Below, one piece after another: positions 60,255 through 64,000 of a DNA stretch of 64,000 nucleotides. Position numbers and translations under genes: made by a program. Location of the stretch: contig CANJYB010000017.1 in assembly GCA_947479085.1 (NCBI GenBank), positions 34,955-98,954 of the forward strand, written 5' to 3'. Below the pieces are notes generated by a model, which saw only the letters and a list, made by a program, of their open reading frames with translations, was not told the DNA's origin and ran no database searches. Source of the stretch: Bacteroidota bacterium (GTDB lineage Bacteria; Bacteroidota; Bacteroidia; 2-12-FULL-35-15). Numbering within the stretch: the stretch's first letter is position 1; each line of letters starts with the position of its first letter.

Positions 60255-61391
60255 TCAGAACGGCTCCCCGTGTGTTGACTTTACCACAGCATTTCTTAAA
60301 AATGGAAGCGCCTTTAAAACAGTAATAGTAAAATTAGTAAGCGATTTATTCTTTAATAGTTTCTGAAGGAATTTGGACAGTTCAACCCGCTTTTTAAATT
60401 GTTTTTTCCAAAATACTTCATATTTGTTTTCCAATTCCTTCCTTGTAATTTTTTTATTAAAATAATCAATCAATAATTTATTCAATACAAATGAACTTCT
60501 CATGGCCATGCTCATACCATTTCCGCTCAGGGGTGCAATGTTTCCTGCAGCATCACCCAACATAATAATTTTACTTTCTACCGCATTTTTATATCCTATT
60601 TTAATCTGCGAAATAGCCAAAGGTTCTTCAAACAGAAAGTGTGCTTCATTATAATATTTATCCAGAAAGGGATTTTTCATCAATACTTCCTTCTCCATTT
60701 GTTTGATGTCACCGTTATACTTTTTCAGATTTTCGGAATCGGTTAAATAACACAAACAGCAGACATTATTTTCTATCCTGGAAATACCACAATAACCATT
60801 TTCGAAATTATGAAGTTCTATCGTATCATCCGAAAACAGCGTTTTTACATGGTATTTTATGCCTACATAGTTTTTCTCTGTTTTATCTTTTAAAGTAAAT
60901 GCCCGGGTAAGTTTTGTATCCATGTTGCTTTTTTTACCCCATGCTCCCACCGCTATTTCAGCAGTATAATTTCCTTTTGATGTTTCAATGGTAAATTCAT
61001 TTCCATTAAATTTAACATCATTTACTTTACAATCATCCAGCACTACAACCCCTTTCTCCTTTGCTATTTCAGCCAGTTTGCTATCCAGTAAATACCTGCT
61101 GATGCCAAACCCGCCCAAATCTAAATGATGATGTAATCGTTTTCCTGAAGGGGAAGAAACAGTTAATTCTGATATACGAGGTAAATTCATTTCAGAAAGT
61201 TTCAGCCCTAATCGTTCCAAGAAATCCCACGATTCCATGGACACATATTCGCCACAAACTTTATGAAAAGGAAATTTATTTCGTTCGAACAGAATACAGG
61301 AATAACCTGCATCCGCCATCTGAATAGAGAGGGTTAAGCCAGCCAGGCCACCACCAACTATTCCAACCTGATATGAATTTTCCTGTTTCAT
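60255..61391 (-). CDS. FAD-dependent oxidoreductase/monooxygenase (geranylgeranyl-reductase-like fold)
   Basis: N-terminal dinucleotide-binding VGIVGGGLAGLTLSIQMADAG; second FAD motif GDAAGNIAP; overlaps the upstream methyltransferase gene by 4 bp. Confidence 0.65.
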   Translation of the reverse strand: MKQENSYQVGIVGGGLAGLTLSIQMADAGYSCILFERNKFPFHKVCGEYVSMESWDFLERLGLKLSEMNLPRISELTVSSPSGKRLHHHLDLGGFGISRYLLDSKLAEIAKEKGVVVLDDCKVNDVKFNGNEFTIETSKGNYTAEIAVGAWGKKSNMDTKLTRAFTLKDKTEKNYVGIKYHVKTLFSDDTIELHNFENGYCGISRIENNVCCLCYLTDSENLKKYNGDIKQMEKEVLMKNPFLDKYYNEAHFLFEEPLAISQIKIGYKNAVESKIIMLGDAAGNIAPLSGNGMSMAMRSSFVLNKLLIDYFNKKITRKELENKYEVFWKKQFKKRVELSKFLQKLLKNKSLTNFTITVLKALPFLRNAVVKSTHGEPF

Positions 61392-62092
61392 TTTTTACCA
61401 ACTACCAAATACCTGAATGCCCATTTCCATTTTATAATCACGTCATTAATTCCTGCCTCTTCAAACAAACTAACCAACTCCTTTTTCTTAAATCCCCTGA
61501 GCACTGAAAGGGGTGCATCGTTTTTTACTAACGAAGAACCATTGAATAAACGGGTCAATAGTTTAATACTGTAATAAGCAATAGCATTTCTTTCCAGGTC
61601 ATTTATAATAAAACCAATATCAGCATATTTTTTCATATAGAAAAACAGTTCTTTTAGTTCATCGTCCTTTAAATGATGGCAAAAAAGTGAACAATGAACA
61701 ATATCTGTTGAGGGGTTAAATTTTAAATAATCCCGGTAATCACTCACCCTTCCTTTTATTTCAGGAAACGATTTGCAATTGGAATTGAGGTAAGCTATTG
61801 CATCTGCATTCATATCCACACCAGTAAGGACTACATCAAAGCCATACGCCCGGGCCCATCTGGCTATGTATTTTAAAGCATCGCCGCCCCCGCAACCAAT
61901 ATCCACAATATGGTAGGTTTTGTTTTTATCGGTAACCAATTGTTTAATTCCTGCAATAGTAATAGAATGCCCACCTAAGGTTTTGTTGATGAAATCGAGT
62001 TCGCGAAGATTTTGAAAGAGTAATTCCCTCGGAATGTCCGGTGCATCTAATAATTCGGCCTGGTAGGAACGTTGGGTAAATTTATCAGGCAT
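61388..62092 (-). CDS. class I SAM-dependent methyltransferase
   Basis: Motif I VDIGCGGGD; start trimmed to the internal ATG (MPDKF...), which still overlaps the PKS stop by 8 bp. Confidence 0.6.
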   Translation of the reverse strand: MPDKFTQRSYQAELLDAPDIPRELLFQNLRELDFINKTLGGHSITIAGIKQLVTDKNKTYHIVDIGCGGGDALKYIARWARAYGFDVVLTGVDMNADAIAYLNSNCKSFPEIKGRVSDYRDYLKFNPSTDIVHCSLFCHHLKDDELKELFFYMKKYADIGFIINDLERNAIAYYSIKLLTRLFNGSSLVKNDAPLSVLRGFKKKELVSLFEEAGINDVIIKWKWAFRYLVVGKK

Positions 62093-63191
62093 AGGTGAAC
62101 AGAGCAGTTTCAATACTAAGTCCGGGTCCGAAACCAATAGAGAACATGGTTTCTCCTTGTTTGTTCTTTTTCTCCATCAATTCATTCATTACAAAAAGAA
62201 TGGTTGGTGATGACATGTTTCCATATTCATCCAATATACGGTATGAATCTTGAACATCTTTATCCGATAATTGTAATTTATCTTTTATAGTATCTATTAT
62301 TTTCTTCCCTCCGGGATGAATAGCCCAGTTGGTAATCGATTCACGGGAGACCTTTAATTTTTCCGTTGCATTTTTTAATATGGTATTTACTTCTTCTCCT
62401 ATAAATCCCGGAATCCTTGCATCCAATATCATTTCGAAATTAACCGGTGTAATGTTCCATCCCATCAGGTCTTTTCCCTTATCCAAAAGCAAGGAATAAA
62501 AACCATTTATGTTCAGACTTTTTTGTTTTGATTCTGAACTGTGTTTATCTGAAGTAACAATTACTGCTGCTGCTCCATCTCCAAAAATAGTATTGGAAAG
62601 CAGGTTATCATGATTGTTCTTTGGCTGAAAATGAAGGGTACAAAGCTCCACACATACAATTAGAACTTTCGCGTTCTCATCTGTTTTGGAAATCATGTCT
62701 GCTATTTTAAGCGCATGAAAAGCCGCATTACAACCCATAAAATTAACGGAAGTGTGAAATATATCCTTTGGCAGGTTTAGTTTTTCTACCAATACTGCAT
62801 CTATTCCTGGTGCACACATACCCGTACAGGAAACAGTGATTAAATGGGTAACGCCAAACTTATCAATTGTCGTATTAATGTTCTTAAAAGAATTAGTGAT
62901 GGCTTTTATTGCCAACGGAATAGCACGTTCTTTAAATACATTCAGCCGGTCTTCCACATTTGCTGTGCTTGGCGTTCCGTTAAAAAATATATGTTCCTTT
63001 CTTGATTTATCAAAGTCAGGGATAACGGAATAACGCGTGTGAATACCACTGTTATGAAACAATACATTCAATTTTCTGGACGCAACGGAATTATCGTATG
63101 CTGCGTGCATAAACTCCAGTATCTCCGTTTGATTGGTTTTGTTATCCGGCACTGCCGTTCCTATCGAAATTATCTTACTCATTAAAACCAA
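62085..63191 (-). CDS. type III polyketide synthase (chalcone/stilbene synthase family)
   Basis: THLITVSCTGMCAPGIDAVL, catalytic Cys region VNFMGCNAAFHALKIA and C-terminal GFGPGLSIE align with CHS/RppA/SrsA landmarks. Confidence 0.8.
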   Translation of the reverse strand: MVLMSKIISIGTAVPDNKTNQTEILEFMHAAYDNSVASRKLNVLFHNSGIHTRYSVIPDFDKSRKEHIFFNGTPSTANVEDRLNVFKERAIPLAIKAITNSFKNINTTIDKFGVTHLITVSCTGMCAPGIDAVLVEKLNLPKDIFHTSVNFMGCNAAFHALKIADMISKTDENAKVLIVCVELCTLHFQPKNNHDNLLSNTIFGDGAAAVIVTSDKHSSESKQKSLNINGFYSLLLDKGKDLMGWNITPVNFEMILDARIPGFIGEEVNTILKNATEKLKVSRESITNWAIHPGGKKIIDTIKDKLQLSDKDVQDSYRILDEYGNMSSPTILFVMNELMEKKNKQGETMFSIGFGPGLSIETALFTYA

Positions 63192-64000
63192 CTAAAATTA
63201 TTATTCAAAATTAAAACTAAAAAATAGATATTCATGCAGGTGGATGCCAGCAAATTCATTGACATTGTATTTTCAAAGTTAGCATTTGCTGTACTTTTTC
63301 TAACATTATTGAACCAGAATAACAAGCGCAATACTACCGGCAACATCATTACAAAAAATAAAAACAAAGCAATTCGTTGATGTTTTAAATCGAAATAATA
63401 AAACAGCAAAGTTGAAGCAATAGCAAACATGATGGCAGAAAATACAAACGTGCCTACATATCCTAATTTATAACTAATGGAAGTTACCCCATCTTTTTTG
63501 TCAGCAGTATGCTGGTAAATTTGCGTCAGCGGATATACGCTGCCAATAAATAAACTAGCCACTAGCATACAGATAAGATTATTACTGTTAAAAAAACTTT
63601 CGAATGTAAAAGTATTAACAGCAGAAGAAACCATAAGATAAGTAAACGCCCCCTGGAACAGAAAAACAGTTAAGAAGCCAACCACTGCATATTTCTTTAA
63701 TCTTAAATTCCTGTAACTGTAAGCCCTCGAAATAAGCACGTATAACAAAACAAAAAAGGAGAAGTAAACGGAAACCAACAAACCTGCAAGTATTCCAACA
63801 ATATCCAGTAACAAGGTTGCATAAAATAAATTCTCCGTAACCTTCGGTGGATTTTTAAGCCCGCCAATGCTTGTTTCATCTTTATCCTGGTAACTATTAT
63901 AACCATTACTGGATGGGTATATAAACAAATGAAGAATAATGAATGCAATAATGGTATGCTGCCAATTAACATTTACAGCCTGACTTAAGGCAAATAAAAA
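63182..64000 (-). CDS. UbiA-family prenyltransferase-like membrane protein (5' end beyond window edge)
   Basis: Frame stays open upstream of the listed TTG start to the window edge (checked by hand); Asp-rich motifs NSYQDKDETSIGG and YQHTADKKDGVTSISYKLG; polytopic. Confidence 0.45.
   Translation of the reverse strand, partial: FLFALSQAVNVNWQHTIIAFIILHLFIYPSSNGYNSYQDKDETSIGGLKNPPKVTENLFYATLLLDIVGILAGLLVSVYFSFFVLLYVLISRAYSYRNLRLKKYAVVGFLTVFLFQGAFTYLMVSSAVNTFTFESFFNSNNLICMLVASLFIGSVYPLTQIYQHTADKKDGVTSISYKLGYVGTFVFSAIMFAIASTLLFYYFDLKHQRIALFLFFVMMLPVVLRLLFWFNNVRKSTANANFENTMSMNLLASTCMNIYFLVLILNNNFSWF

Noticed and set aside
1-64000. tRNA, rRNA, tmRNA, RNase P or SRP RNA genes
   Set aside because: No T-loop GGTTCGAATCC-type motifs or other hallmark conserved cores were seen on either strand.

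Overview
AT-rich (~35-40% GC by eye) chromosomal segment from a Bacteroidota genome, most likely Chitinophagaceae/Sphingobacteriia-like. This is supported by seven proteins ending in type IX secretion (T9SS) C-terminal sorting domains, a gldB-gldC gliding-motility pair, a DUF2490/VTC/DUF4956 trio and promoter-rich, Shine-Dalgarno-poor intergenic DNA. Housekeeping genes are readily recognised: PiT phosphate transporter with its DUF47 partner, MsbA-like ABC exporter, rbfA, LolE-like permease, RsmB-family methyltransferase, MurF, NadE, aconitase, Dtd, RsgA, Fe/Mn SOD, an ALDH7-type dehydrogenase, the rnc-fabF-acpP operon, purN and rnhA. They are interspersed with accessory material. (i) A divergent, compositionally atypical island (10.4-14.6 kb) carries a GC-richer hypothetical gene, a 42-bp tandem array whose unit holds GGAGGTGA-N6-ATG mini-ORFs, and a PD-(D/E)xK-like nuclease gene bracketed by a duplicated 5' module and AGGATTTAYG palindromes next to an XRE regulator. 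(ii) An ECF sigma factor locus flanked by 21- and 42-bp tandem arrays lies next to four consecutive T9SS cargo genes, two of them tandem paralogs with gene-converted 3' halves. (iii) An srsABC-like phenolic-lipid cluster (type III PKS, SAM methyltransferase, FAD oxidoreductase, UbiA-like prenyltransferase) sits at the 3' edge. (iv) Several families of GC-rich palindromic terminator-like repeats recur. (v) All five tandem arrays have periods of 21 or 42 bp. No tRNA, rRNA, CRISPR array, transposase or integrase was recognised. One small lysine/alanine-rich histone-H1-like gene (35 aa) is absent from the ORF track, and partial genes run off both window edges.
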